Position numbers and translations under genes: made by a program | Assembly (NCBI GenBank): GCA_030704615.1 | Contig: CM060732.1 | Span: forward strand, 73,718,001-73,782,000 | DNA length: 64,000 nt | Source: Takakia lepidozioides | Lineage: Eukaryota > Plantae > Bryophyta | Direction: 5' to 3' | Notes under the pieces: model-generated | Seen by the model: only the letters and a program-made list of their open reading frames with translations | The model's database searches: none | What the model was told of the DNA's origin: nothing | Shown here: positions 39,767 to 52,301 of the stretch, piece by piece | How the letters are laid out: each line of letters begins with the position of its first letter | Numbering within the stretch: the first letter of the stretch is position 1

Positions 39767-40620
39767 CTAGCTCAGGAATCCGATTGCAAAAACTTGTATT
39801 GTACAAAAAAAATTGTTATAAAGAAAATGGGTTCCAAATATTGTGCGTCCTATTGTGTTTGGAATGGTGATGCATGGTGTGGTTGGCTAGTGTGTAGAAT
39901 GCATGCTAGCTTACAAAAGTGGGAGAGGTAAATTGGGTTAATCGTGTGTTTGCGCAGTGCCGAAATCGGGTGACTCCCATCCAAGGGGCAAGGAAACTTG
40001 CGCCTTCTTTGGGAGTTCACGTGCTAGTGCGCACCTGGCGCGTGCGCGTACTATAACTGCGCTACCGAGGGGGTTGCCTTGTAGTGCGGGCTAACGCGGA
40101 AGCTACGTGCTTCCGTTCACGTACTATAATCGTGTAGCCTCGGGACGAAGTCGTAGTGCGGCTTCGGCGTGTTCCCGTACCTCAGGCCAGCATTCCAAGG
40201 CGGACCCAATTGTAGTGATTGGGGCGCACAGTTGGTTCAAGGTTATCTTCCTAGTCAAAGAGGGTTCCAGGTGAACCCTTGCTCAAGGTGATGCCAAAAG
40301 CGGCATCATGAGCGATCGCAAGCAATGTTGTTGCAGTAAGGCGATTCGATCCTCAGGGAGGATCGTTCCTTGGCCTTGAAGTAGGCCAAGAAGAGTGCAC
40401 TGGGAGGAGCTGGAGAGGCTCCACCCTTGGCCGGGACTTGGAGGAAGTCGGCCGAACTAGCTAGTGGAGAGTAGAGTCAAGTGTGGGGTTTGGTTCTTTA
40501 CCATGGGACGCCATGGTGCGGAAACAAACTCCTTGATGTGGGACGCCACAACTTGGATGTTCGTTTCTACAAAATGGACAAGTCGATGAGGACATCGACT
40601 CCCTGTTGGTAGGGGTGTAA

Positions 40621-41346
40621 GTCGCGGCCCTTTGCCTTGAGGGCAGGGGGTCGGGACACATGAGGAGCTGCCCCTGTGGTGGGGGCAGCGGCAGCGATAG
40701 GTATGGGGGGCTGAAGCACCCTTGAGTGCCCAAGGCACTCAAGGAGGCGGAGGCGCTCACTAGGTGGAGCCCCGCACACCGGGTTGCGGTGGGGGTGGCT
40801 CCACAAGGGGTGGTGGTACCTTAGCGGGACTTAGTGGGGGTGGCATAGGACTCACCATGGGGGCGGAGACCTCGTGGTGGGAGTTGTGGGGAGTCTTGGG
40901 ACTCATCACGGTCCATAAGGGCCATGGTGAGTTGGCCAAGACTCACCGCGACTCATCACCGGGAGTCGAGGGTTTTCGTGGTGGTTCGCCATAAAATGGC
41001 ATGGCTGGTTGTGAAACCCCCGTGGACAGCTACAGAAGTATATATAGGGAGTAGTAACCCCGAGAACGGTGCAAGCCCGTTGGTGACCAAAAACTAGTGA
41101 GTAAGCGAGCGAGCCGGAAAGCGACCAAAGAGTGGGGAGCTGTTCCGGACTGCCATCTACCAAAGGGAATTCTCCTAGTCCCAATTAGGTGGAGGGTTTA
41201 GAGGGAAGCGAAGGGGGGACCGTTATGTCCCGGTGAGCAGCCGAAGCTCCAAGTTGGCCCGAGCGGCCAGGTTGGGAGTCAGGCGCGCGCATCAAAGCGA
41301 GTAACTATGACTTGAAGGGGAGCTTACCGAAGTGAGGTGCGCGACA
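40621..41346 (+). repeat. 3' LTR (initial T missing), preceded by a short purine-rich tract
   Basis: GGTAGGGGTGTAA then GTCGCGGCCC; ends GCGCGACA followed by the TSD. Confidence 0.96.
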
Positions 41347-42400
41347 CTGGATGGGGTCATGGGCTGGGTTCGCTTGCGCTTGGCTGCCAGGCAGTCGATT
41401 CTGAGATGTCCCAACCGGCCACAGTTGAAGCAAGCCGCATAGGTGGTATCCTCTATGAGTTGGATTATAAAGTAATTACCCTCCTCATCTATTGGCAGTT
41501 TGACAAATTGCGGGAGAATATCCTCATCCGGCATCATCAAGACAAATTTGGCATTTCCAGTTTCATGAAGGCAAGAAGCAATAGTCACTGATTTCCATGC
41601 TAGGTCTTGTCTTAGTTTGTATGTACACATTTGAGGGTCAAAGATAGCCAAGCATCCAAGATAAGACCCGAAATGGTTTGCAATATCTGCCAAGTTCACC
41701 AAATACTGATCTGGGATCTTTGGGACTGAGACGATGCGGGGGGCCCACAGCTTTCCGTTCCTGTTCCCTATCCTGGAGACCACGGAAATATGTTGACATT
41801 AAACCCCCTAGTATGAGGGTTAAACAGCAAAGCCTCATTAGCAGCCTCTTTTGTTTCAAAGATGATAGAGAATAACCCTCTTCATTTGGCATGGCAGAAC
41901 AGCTGCCTCAATCCTCCATTACCGCCAAGGTGTCTGATGGCCCAATCTCTGACTGTTGCCCTATCCACTTTTTTCCCCGGAAAGTGAATGAAAATACATG
42001 TTTCTTCCATTGTTGTGATTCTCCTTTGCAGTTCCGAGATGTTCATATTGATCATGGGGTAGTCCTTGTCCAGATCATCTTGATTAAGTGCGCTCTCTTC
42101 CTCCCAGTCTGTTGGTGGTTCCTCCAAAATTGGAGGGTTAGGAAAGTTCGGAATGAAGGAGTTTAGCCTGGGCATTTTGAGAAGTGGTTGGGGAGGAGAG
42201 AGAGGGTTGATGGGAATGGGAGGGGAGGGATGTCTTACTGAACCACTGGCAGAAGCTATCCTGGATCGAGCTTGGTGTGCCATAAAAAAGCCCGTACCAG
42301 ACGACGGGGTGGGTCTTCTGTGATTACTCTGTTGCCCTCTGATGTTCCCACGAGTCATCATCTTCTCGTTGTTACGCAGCTGGTTGCTTCCGGGAGCCAT
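41347..42400 (-). pseudogene. LINE ORF1 N-terminal part (RRM/DUF4283-like region and zinc knuckle)
   Basis: ORF pieces 41882-42802, 41638-41892 and 41292-41783. Removing the LTR element and one TSD reads in frame MTPS-RPWRQEQ into 34371 and below. Confidence 0.85.
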
Positions 42401-42844
42401 AGTTAACAGATGCGGAAAAAACAGAAGGTGTTTTAAGGACTCCGCTGGGTGTGAGGATATGCTTAAGAGAGGAGTTGGCGGAAAAAGTAGAGGAGGGGGG
42501 TATAGGCGGGAAATGTCACTGTAGAAATCGAACGGCTTAAAAGCTAAAGACGGATGTGGCGGGACGATTATGCAGGTAACCGAGATGGAGATGAAAGGAA
42601 GTAAGGTGTTAGGATGAACACTGTAGAAGAAAGAATTGAAAGAGAACCAAACAAAAACTTCTAATGTGCATATCATTTGAAAGCTGAGCTTGGGAGTACT
42701 TGCTAGTTGATGTAAGTAAAGTAAGTAGGAAGTCGAAAAGATCTGATAAAGATGGAAGAAGTTTTCAGATGACCGTTGGAGGTTGTCTCGCAGCTCCGCC
42801 ATCGCGCCCCCCTCCGGCTTGTCACGATATCTAAAGTATCAAAA

Positions 42845-42941
42845 ATATATATATATTTTAAAAAGAAACGGGAGGTAGCCCTTGAGAACTTTATTGATAA
42901 TTATTGAAGGGAAAAATTAAACCCTTACATGCCCGTAGGCC
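42845..42941 (-). mobile_element. 3' end of another LINE copy; insertion site of the gypsy element at 42942
   Basis: CTTTATTGATAATTATTGAAGGGAAAAATTAAACCC closely matches 28355-28393. Confidence 0.7.
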
Positions 42942-43411
42942 TGTGAAGGCTTATTTTGTGCTTGAATGAGATTCTCCCATCCTCACAAGTGCACGTTAAA
43001 CTAGGGGTGTAAGAGCTCGGAAGGAGCGGGCTTTACAGCACGAGAAGAGAGATGAACATGTAGAGGATCCCCAAAGCTCACAGAGCACGTCCAAAAGCCC
43101 GTACACCAGGTTGTACATACGAGAAGAAGGGCCCTGACTCAAGGTCAGGAACAAGCTTATACCCAAAACCTAGGATGAGGCAATACCCCTACATGGCAGC
43201 ATGCCACGGGTTGCCTAGATTACAAACAGATCTGGCCCATAGACCAATGAATGGGCCAGATGCAACCACAAAGCTCTAGGATAACCTCAAACAAGTATAG
43301 GTCAGGTTGTATATAACGGTCTCCCGCCGTAAATACTAATGGCATGGGATGAACCTGTCAGACAGTGATGAATAGGCTGAAAGTCAGGCCAGGAGAACAT
43401 GAGCCATCACA
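42942..43411 (-). repeat. 3' LTR (470 bp)
   Basis: Minus-strand termini TGTGATGGCT ... AGCCTTCACA (10-bp inverted repeat, 1 mismatch), located downstream of the PPT. Confidence 0.85.
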
Positions 43412-43625
43412 TATGTGAAGGCTTCCCCCCCCCCTTAAGAAATCCGAGCTCCGCGAGGTAAAATATAAGGATGTTTACCCCGCCATGAAGTTCCCCAACG
43501 TCGCAGGGTGAAAAACCTTTCATGGGAAAACCCGGTGGGACAAAACCCATGCAAAGGAAAACCTACGTGTGTGGACAAGTCATGCTAAGTATAAAACTAG
43601 ACTACAAAACAACTATGGAAAAATA

Positions 43626-45025
43626 CTACAATCTGAAAATGAAGAGATGTCCAAGTCCAAAAGAGGTCTCCTCTGAAATCGAAGTCTCCATAGCACCTGC
43701 ACCACGAGGAGTGAGTATCACCGAATGCCCCTCAACATTGATGCATGTCAAATCAAAAACCAGCTCCGAATGAATCAAATCTGCAAGTGCCACTGGCTCC
43801 TCATGTGCTTTGGAATTGTGTCCCTGCGGCAAAATCAAAGCACGTCTCCCGCGAAGCAACTTGTATAACAAATAAGGACCATCGATCTTCAGCTTAGATT
43901 TACATGCATGCTGCCCCTGCTGAAGACGTAGGCACACAGTCTGTCCCTCATGGAAGTGATCTGAGTACTTAACCCGCTTGTTAAAATTCCTAGCATATAC
44001 TGCTTGAGCAAGAACAATGTTAGCCTTAGCCTCATTAACCGAGACCATGTGCCTAGCATGCACCCTCTCTACAAAATCAGTCAAGTCAGCAGACTCAGAA
44101 ACAGTGGAAATCAGTGGAGTAGGATACAAAGGAGAGACACAATGTCTACCATAAAGCAACTCAATAGGAGTTTTTCTCGTGCTAGCACGAACAACACTGC
44201 GATAAGCAAAGACCAAAGGAGGAATGAAGATGTCCCACTCCCTTGCAAGCTCGCCATTCTTCTCCAACATTTGGCAGAAAGTTTGATTGAAACGCTCCAT
44301 CAAACCATTGGTTTGAGGATGGTAGGGGGCTGTAGTCACATGCTTGATTCCAAAGTTAAAGCATATGATATTCAAGAGGTCATTGCAAAACTCCCGGCCA
44401 TTATCAGTAAGGACCTCAAGAGGACAACCATGCCTCATCACAATCTCCTCAAAGAAGAGTTGTGCTACCGAGTCAGAATCCTTGGTAACCATAGGACGGA
44501 CTTCTACCCACTTAGTCAGTAATCTGTAGCTACCCAAAGATAGCTATGACCCTTTAACGTGAGAGCGAGAGGTCCTACCAAGTCAATACCAACTCAAGCA
44601 AAGGCATGTGTCACAGGCAAGGATTGCAATTTATAAGTGACCCCCACCCGAGGAAGTGCAAGGTTAGATCGACATGCCTCACACTTGGAGATGAAGGCAG
44701 TCACATCTCTTTGAATTCCCTTCCAGTAGTACACCTCTTGTATGCGAGCTATAGTCTTCTTGACCCCAAGACGACCTGCATACAAAGAAGCATGAAAGCA
44801 TTCCAACAAAGCATCTAACTGGCTCCGTGGTGGTACCTCCAAGTAGCAAGGACTCCCATCCTTAGTACCCACTTTGTACAACTTGCCATCCCTACAACGA
44901 TGAGCGTCCACATTGTACAACACTTGCTTCCTCAACTTCTCAGGGAGCCCTGCAGGTGAACGTCCATGAAGACATCGATGGAGTAGCACTGCATGCAGCA
45001 TATCATCCATGATTGCACTGCACAT
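43626..45025 (-). pseudogene. Gypsy integrase (Zn-binding region and DDE core), frameshifted
   Basis: HASLYAGRLGVKKT...YYW...CEAC; LTKWVE; VLTDNGREF; YHPQTNGLMERFN. Confidence 0.92.
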
Positions 45026-47754
45026 AAGCGAGGTTCAATGGGCTTTAGTAAGGGTGACTGCATGGAGTGTCTGCCTCATGTTATCTCCAGCCACTAGATC
45101 CTTGCCTCACTTGAAACGGCTCATGGGAAGGCAAATCAGGCCTTAAAGCACTGCCAAAACCCACATCGGAGTACAACAGTAGATGCACCAAACCCAAACC
45201 AAGGCTGAAAAGGAAAGACAAGGAACAAGGAATGATAGATCAGCCCCTCACAAAGGCTTTAGACATGAGATCCACTGTCCAAACCAACAATATAGGGACT
45301 CAGCCTGGATCATCAAGAATGCTAGACCAGCCCCATGCAATCTCCAAGCTAGATGGATCAAGAAGAAGAGGTTGTTGATCAACACACTACAACAGATTGC
45401 GGCTTTTATGTCTCTGTGTTATGACTGCAAATGCAGTTATGGAAGCCATTTACGACTTCCTGACTCTGAAGACGTAAAAGCCTAGTCAATTGTGACATGG
45501 CAGATATGACTCTCCAGGCTGGCTGTGACATGGCGCCTGAGCAGCTGTGGGGGTAGTCATACACGCTGGCTTTACTGAATGACTGAACGGACAGTGTAGT
45601 CCATGTCAGCGGCTGTGCAAGAGTGACACGTGCTCGATATAGAAAATGACACGTGGCAAAGTGTTCGCTCTCCATGATTGCGAACTATGACTACGGGTGT
45701 GCTAATCCGGTTGCAACACGTGGCGCGCTGCAGTTTTTACACGTGGTTCCTCAGCAGATTGACATGTGTCATGATGGGTGTTTTTTTGGGTGTATTGCTA
45801 TTTTTTTACATATTTGTAATTCTGCCACGTGGTGTAGTACTATTGGAGAGTGGAAATAGATGTAGTCATTACTATAAATATGATAGCGGTCATGTACATG
45901 TCTATTACAACAATGAAATATAATATATAATACAAAGAGAACAAGGCAGCAAGACATAACTGCAACAAGCTGAGCAAAACCAAGAGATTGTTCACCATCT
46001 CTATTTACCAATCTATTTATCATTATCATTTTTGTCGCGATCTAAAAATACATAAAATAGTCACATGTTTTCATGTGAATTAATTGTCTAACTATAACAC
46101 TTTGAAAAGTGTTCACCCAGAATCTTCTAACTACTCATGTATTCCATCAATCTGCAACCCATCAAAAACTAAGGCTTGCATGTCTTTAAGAATTATTACA
46201 GCAAGGACATCTGTTTCTTTTCCAAGTTCTTGCATAAGATGCACCAACCAACATTGCATTGTGAGACACTCACTCGCTATACTCCAAAGCGTCCAGAGAA
46301 GGTCACTGAGCAACCTGCCAAGACGAAAACAATTAAGAGAATTATCTAATACCATATATGAGAAACCAATGCCAGTGTTGTTTATGGTAACTTCTATCCC
46401 CATGGACTCGTAAACAAACCAAAGCAAAAAGGTTGGTGTGTGTTGGCAAAGTCATCAGATACTTCACAAAGAAACATGCACGAAAAATGAGAGCCAGGAG
46501 GATAGGAAGGTCACTCACGTTTATACAAAGACGTCTTGCCCATTGCCCAGCACCCTACGTCACCCACATTCTTTCTCTACTTCTTCAGCTATCCATGCCT
46601 CTGCACAAATCAAGCATTCATCTTTGCCTTGCTGCTAGCAGCTGACAATGACAGCCTACATTTGTTCTAGGAAACACCCAACTCAGCGTAGCACACTAGT
46701 TCCTATCTGAATTGCGTCTGCTACTCTCTGAAATGTAGCAGGCATTCACCCGTATGGTCTTGGTATGGGCGATATTTGGATCCTTCTGTTTTCCATCCGT
46801 GGACAAGTCAGCCTGATTATCTTGGTATGTACTTCGCCGTTCATATCAAAGTTAAATAAATACTGAGTGGTAACATGCACTTTTTTTAGGTATGTACTGT
46901 TCTTTATTTTAGTTTCTCAATTAGCCGGTCGTTTTTTATTGGGTTTGTGGGCTTCGATATTTTTCAGTGACTTGCGAGGACTCTAGTTCTAAAAGAGAAA
47001 GCAAACATTCGCCACAATGGTTCAAAATCGAAATGGTTCAAGATCGGACTGGTTCAAGATGTGAATGGTTCAAGATCTTCAACTTCGTTAACCACACGTT
47101 CCAGTATCAATTCTGATGATTTATTCGACCATTCCGAGAATAGATCATTCTCTTCTGGTGTAGAAAGTCAAGCTGGAATCGGATGGGGCATGGGGAGGCA
47201 TCTTTGAACTCAGCCCCTGAATACAAGTCGTTTGGGAAGGGAATCATCATTCGTGACGGCTTCTCAAGTCTAGAATATGTCATCCCATGATGTTAGTTCT
47301 TAACAATTATAGTATTATTTACGGCTGTGGGAGGGCATATGGACAATTTGATGTAGAAATCGCAAGTTCTTTGGTGTGTATATGCACAGTTCGACTTACA
47401 TGTCAAGGACATTCGAAAATAAACTGATCTATTCTCATCCGTGTCCAAGTTTGATTTGTCATTTCTATTGGATGATCTGAACTATGAATGAAGCTCTCCT
47501 GATTTTAATGTTTGTTTCTACTTTTTGTCAGTTTTGGACTTTAAGCTCTACATGATGTGGTTGAAGTATATATTCTTTCTTTATCTCTCTTCGTGAACAT
47601 CGGCATTAGAGTCAAAGTTTTTTCATTTGTCCAACATCCGCGAACATTTCTAAAGTTGATCAAAGTATATATGACTAATTTGTAATGGCACTAACGTATT
47701 GTTAGTGGAATAAAAATTATTTTTTGGGTTTCATATATGATTCATTTATTCATT

Positions 47755-47960
47755 TTTTTATTTGAACAGGGGGAGGCCCTGAATTAGTTTTATTGAGTTT
47801 ATTGAGGGGAAAAAAATTAAAACCCCAGATTACACCATGACGTACACACACCGTAGTCAGTGATAAACGAACTAACCTCCCAAAGGGAGAATAAGACCTA
47901 GGGTTACAAGCCCTATGTAGAAGTCATACCCATAGGGGGTTGCTTTGACTGTAGGCAGTC
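47755..47960 (-). mobile_element. Short 5'-truncated LINE 3' end inside CACTA 1
   Basis: TTATTGAGGGGAAAAAAATTAAAACCCC...ACACACACCGTA.TCAGTG matches 28367-28430. Confidence 0.7.
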
Positions 47961-48481
47961 GTTTCTGGGCTCAGATAAGTATTAATTCCACAGCTTCTCC
48001 TCATCTCTGTTACTTGTTTTTTGACACTTTCTTGTTGTCACACAGTATCATGTCAAAGTCACTCCAAACTAGATTCACTCAACCAGCTAACTTGCAGAAT
48101 TGAACATGGAAATTTAGGGCCGATTCTGATAAGAGGGAAAAACAAGGTGAAATGTGTTGAAGAAGATGCCTTCATTAGCAGTGCCTGATTTTATCACTGC
48201 CGCTGCTACCAGTTGACCATCTACCCATGCAGGTTTCTTGTAGCTATTGATCCACAGGGAATCACAGGTAATCTTGTGCTTGAAATCTGGCCCTCTTGGA
48301 TGAATCTGGACCCACACGAAATCCCTGCTCCTTCAGCTATCCATGCCTCTGCACAAATCATGTATACATCCTTGCCTTGCTGCTAGCAGCTGACAATGAC
48401 AGCCTAGAATTGTCAAAGCAAACACTAGCAGGGAAAATAGGGTGAAATATGTTGAAGAAGGTACCTTCACCCCTTTCCCCA

Positions 48482-48985
48482 TCATTTGCTTTCAGGTGTC
48501 CAAAGCCCCATCCGGCGCTCTTGCTCTGCACACCCTGCAAGCATCGCATTCCACGACACCACATCTGGTTCAGCCATAGTGTTGAACACTCCCTTGGCAT
48601 CCTCAATGCTCCCACATTTAGCATACATGGCCACCAGAGCAATGTTCAGGATGACATCTGGTACAATTGCAGATTTGATGATGTCACCAGGGATCTCTTT
48701 GCCCTTTTCCAGGGCTGCTAGACGCACTGCAAACGCACACAAACGTTATGTCGGCGGCCTTCACCCCTTCCCCCATCATTTGCTCAAAGGTTGGAGCCTC
48801 CATCCCGCACCCCAGCTGTGCATACCTTGCAAGCATCGCACTCCACGACAAAGGTTGGAGCCTCCATCTCGTTCAGCCACAGTGATGAACACTCCCTTGG
48901 CATCCTTGATGCACCCACAATTGGCATACATGTCCACCAGGGCAGGGGCAGTGTTCAGAAGGACATGTGGTAATTTGACAGGCAT
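48482..48985 (-). pseudogene. Captured PLS-class PPR gene fragments (two degenerate motifs)
   Basis: NIALVAMYAKCGSIEDAKGVFNTMAEPDVVSWNAMLAGCA and ALVDMYANCGCIKDAKGVF, with stops and frameshifts. Confidence 0.9.
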
Positions 48986-51557
48986 TCACCTCCTGACTTG
49001 GCTGTTCCCAACCCATCCTGCCATTGGCAAGAGATTCCACAGAAACTGATAGTTGTTTGTTTGACTGTATAACTATGTATCTCTTGCTTTCTTACAGCTT
49101 GTACTGTGACATGCGTAATGCTCTTGCTGTGTTGAATCATTTCACGCCTTCAGGTTTCAGAACAAACATTACCGTCTTTCTTTATCAGACACGTGCACCA
49201 AGACAGAATCTCACCAAAAGATTGTTGGTGTTCAACAGTACCATACATGAAGATAACTAGCACCAAAAGGGCATATGAAGCTTGCACTGCTCTCCACTGG
49301 TATTAACCTGCACTAGGATTTACCCCTAACCCAGTCAGGAGGACACTCATGGCTGTAGTTTAACGAAAATCACAGCTCTAACATATAATGAAAAGTAGAG
49401 TTCTCCTTGGGGGCATAGCCTTCTAAGATCCAACTGAAGAACTATGCTGATCTTGGAGTCGAAGTCTTCCACAGCAGCCAGAGCAAACATGGAAGTATGA
49501 CTTAAAACCTAACTCTTCCACCCATCTTTTGTCTCTGCCTCTCTTGGTGGCAATTATAGTCTCTCTATGCTAGGCCCTTCTTTTCCTTCTGCTGCCCTGT
49601 TTTTGCTTTGCATCTACTGCCATGACTGATATAGGAAAAATTCTACTAGTATCCAAGACACGAATACAACTGCCAACGACAAAAGAAGGGAGAATGCACC
49701 AATGGCACCTGCAGTTGCCCTTGAAACACCTCGCTCACTACTAACTGCTCCCGGAAAAATCTGAACTGAGCATCCTGCATGGGCATGTCAACAAGGTGAG
49801 TGCCCCCATGGACCCTACTATGACCCATGACCAACCTATCTGTGGACTTTTGAACCACAATTGCCAATAGAAGATGAGATTTAAACATATATAAGACCAC
49901 CCTGCTACTTTACCCACAATATCCCGGTATCAAGCAAAATGTGGAGGAAGAACTTTGAAATGGTATCGTCAATATGAATGTCTGGACATGCACACCTCCT
50001 GAAATCGATCAGATGTGCGAAGTGGCCTCGCAAACTCAAAGCTGTAGCTACCAGTGCTTCCCATGGTGCCATAAGGGCTATATCAGATAGCACCAGCCCT
50101 ACAGAGACTCTGCTCAGTATTTCTACAACATCTGAAGTAATTTCTACTTTGCAAGCTTTCCTACCAGGGGACACAGTTGACAAGGTCCTGGTGACAACAT
50201 ACTCACACCAGCTTGAAAACAAGTAAGAGTAAACACAAAGCTATCTTGTGAAGCACAAAAACAAAGAAAGTAGGAATCATCAGAGAGAAAGATACCATAA
50301 TCAGTATCTGTAATGCTATGAGTCCAAGATCCACGCCAGTCATTTAGCGCACCACCAACCTTTCTTGAAAACAACAGTTGAATTGTTAACAGAGCACCTC
50401 TTCGCACCTTTACTTTCTTCACACCCTGGTAAGCATTGTAATGCAAAACCCAAAGTGGAACATAAATTAGAGACAAATAGGAAGGAGAGAAGGCAAACCT
50501 TTAGGGCCATCCCCATCAACATAGCGGCCATGTGGGTTCCAAGCTATACATCATTCAAATTGCCAAAACTGCCACATCATTTGCCATGAAAACCAAGTCA
50601 GACATTCCAACCTTGTTCATCATGCAGGTACCGAGACTCTCCTGTCCCACTTCAACTTTTTGATTCTAGTGAGACGCTTCCTATAACTGTGGCGTACTGA
50701 AGAGAAAATACACTCTTTAGTCACTTGAAAAGATGCATGCTGCCACTGAATATATTCCTTACACAACCCATGGATGTAAGAGGAAAGCAATCAAGAGTAT
50801 AGTGGTGTAACGACACGACATTCTTGGCATCGAAGAGCTCCACGGCCCAACAAACTCCCCCTTACTCTCATCCAAGTCCCTACACGTCTGAAAATTTCAA
50901 AACTGGCTTTACAAACCTAATAATTCAAGCATAATCAGCATTCAAGCTAAGGAAGCTTTACAAGCATCGTGTTGCGAGTAAAGCCATGGCAATGTCAACA
51001 AGAAATCCCTGGCTGAATGGATGACACTGAAATAATGGAGCTTGAAATCCGGCCCTCTTGGACGAATCTGGGCCCACACTCTATCTATGCTCCTTCGGCT
51101 ATCTATGCCTCTACACAAAATCACGCATATATCCTTGCCTTCCTGGTAGCAGCTGACAATAACAGCCTAGAATTGTTCCAGCAAATACCCCCAACCCTAC
51201 TTATCAACGAGCAATGAGCTAACTTACAAAATTCAATATGCATCTCAGGGCCGAGTCTGATGAGAGGGCAAAACAAGCTGAAATAGGTCGAAGAGAAGGT
51301 GCCCTCACCACATTGGCCTTGACCTTGTGTCATGACCCATGGAGGATTTGACCGACCATCAACCCAAAAGGACCTCTTGTGTGTGCTGCTCGTGTCTTGT
51401 AGTTAGGTAATGTCGGATTAGTCTGTGAGAACCTGCACCACGGTGCAGCTGAGCAGACATACATTGAAACACGGCCTGCTAATACCAAGCTAACTCTCCC
51501 AAGAACCTTGTAAACATCAGGAAGAATATCAAATCATGGTACTAACAGGAGCCAACA

Positions 51558-52301
51558 CGGTGAATGCAGGGTTGACTGGACCAAAATGGACGTTACCAGC
51601 ACAGTTTTAGATGACTGCAATTGATGGTGTCATCAATTGAAATTGAATTAACTCATTAAAACCAGCAAATATATATGTCATTGGATTCCTAGCTTCAATA
51701 CGCACCCATAGAAACTCTCCAATCATGAATCCGATAAGAAATGACTCCGCTATGGACTTTTGAACACCGTCATTGTGGACTGTTACCGCAATGAATGGAA
51801 TTACAATGGACTCAAGTTCTCCTATGTGCCATTGGTGAATTCCATTGAAATTTGGACATAAGGTGGCCATTTTGGCCCACATCATAGGTATGTATTTGAA
51901 GTGGCAAAATCATTTGTCATTTGACTCATATGGACTAATATATGTCAAAAAAATAGGCATTTTTTGAAAAGTCCATAGCTCATCTTGTTTTTTGGATTTT
52001 GGGTGTCATTTTTTTTCTAGAAGTATAAAAACCTATAATCTTCAATGGCTAGGTGTCATATTGAAATGTTTTTGTAAACTCTAATTTTTAGTTTTTCATA
52101 ATTACTTTAAATAATAGACTAAAATATTTAATGAATTATATCTTTAATATTTGGGGTAGGACTCTTTACTAAATATGTTCAGTATATCATTATCTATCAT
52201 TAAAAAAACAATTTGGGATAGTATCATCAACTTTGTTTTTTTGGTCATGGACTTTCATGGAGTAGGATCTGCCATTTTTGGTCCACTCAATGCAATTGCC
52301 C
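51558..52301. mobile_element. Short internally deleted copy of the 4-bp-TSD (Sola-like) element, inverted relative to 7199-12303
   Basis: Ends CGGTGAATGCAGGGTTGACTGGACC ... GGTCCACTCAATGCAATTGCCC with TSD AACA. A paralogous empty site lies at ~60060-60085 (reverse complement). Confidence 0.85.

Larger units (their letters stand above)
34377..41346 (+). mobile_element. Full-length Ty3/gypsy chromovirus (Galadriel-like)
   Basis: TSD CTGGA (34372-34376 and 41347-41351), termini TGTCGCG...CGCGACA, two ~727-bp LTRs, tRNA-Met PBS, and gag-PR-RT-RH-INT-chromodomain order. The clade is a recollection-based call from motifs such as KEMKAVVHCL and SPKQLRWQ. Confidence 0.95.
28304..42830 (-). mobile_element. 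Near full-length decayed L1-clade LINE, split by the LTR element at 34377-41346
   Basis: ORF1 fragments with CCHC knuckle CFNCGRLGHLRIDC, an APE endonuclease, RT, a C-terminal Cys/His motif, and a (TAAAA)n tail at 28304-28336. The 5' boundary is approximate and no TSD was found. Confidence 0.92.

Noticed and set aside
42942-43424. TGTGAAGGCTT direct repeat as an 11-bp TSD of a separate insertion
   Set aside because: The enclosed sequence recurs next to the PBS at 63954 and abuts the PPT, so it is the LTR. The repeat is treated as part of the element's terminal structure.
46084-46645. CACTA transposase remnant
   Set aside because: No transposase motif recognisable by eye; it would need an HMM search.
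51250-51295. Hammerhead ribozyme core (CTGATGA...GAAA) in the repeated cargo
   Set aside because: The sequence between CTGATGA and GAAA cannot form stem II, and most paralogs read CTGATAA.
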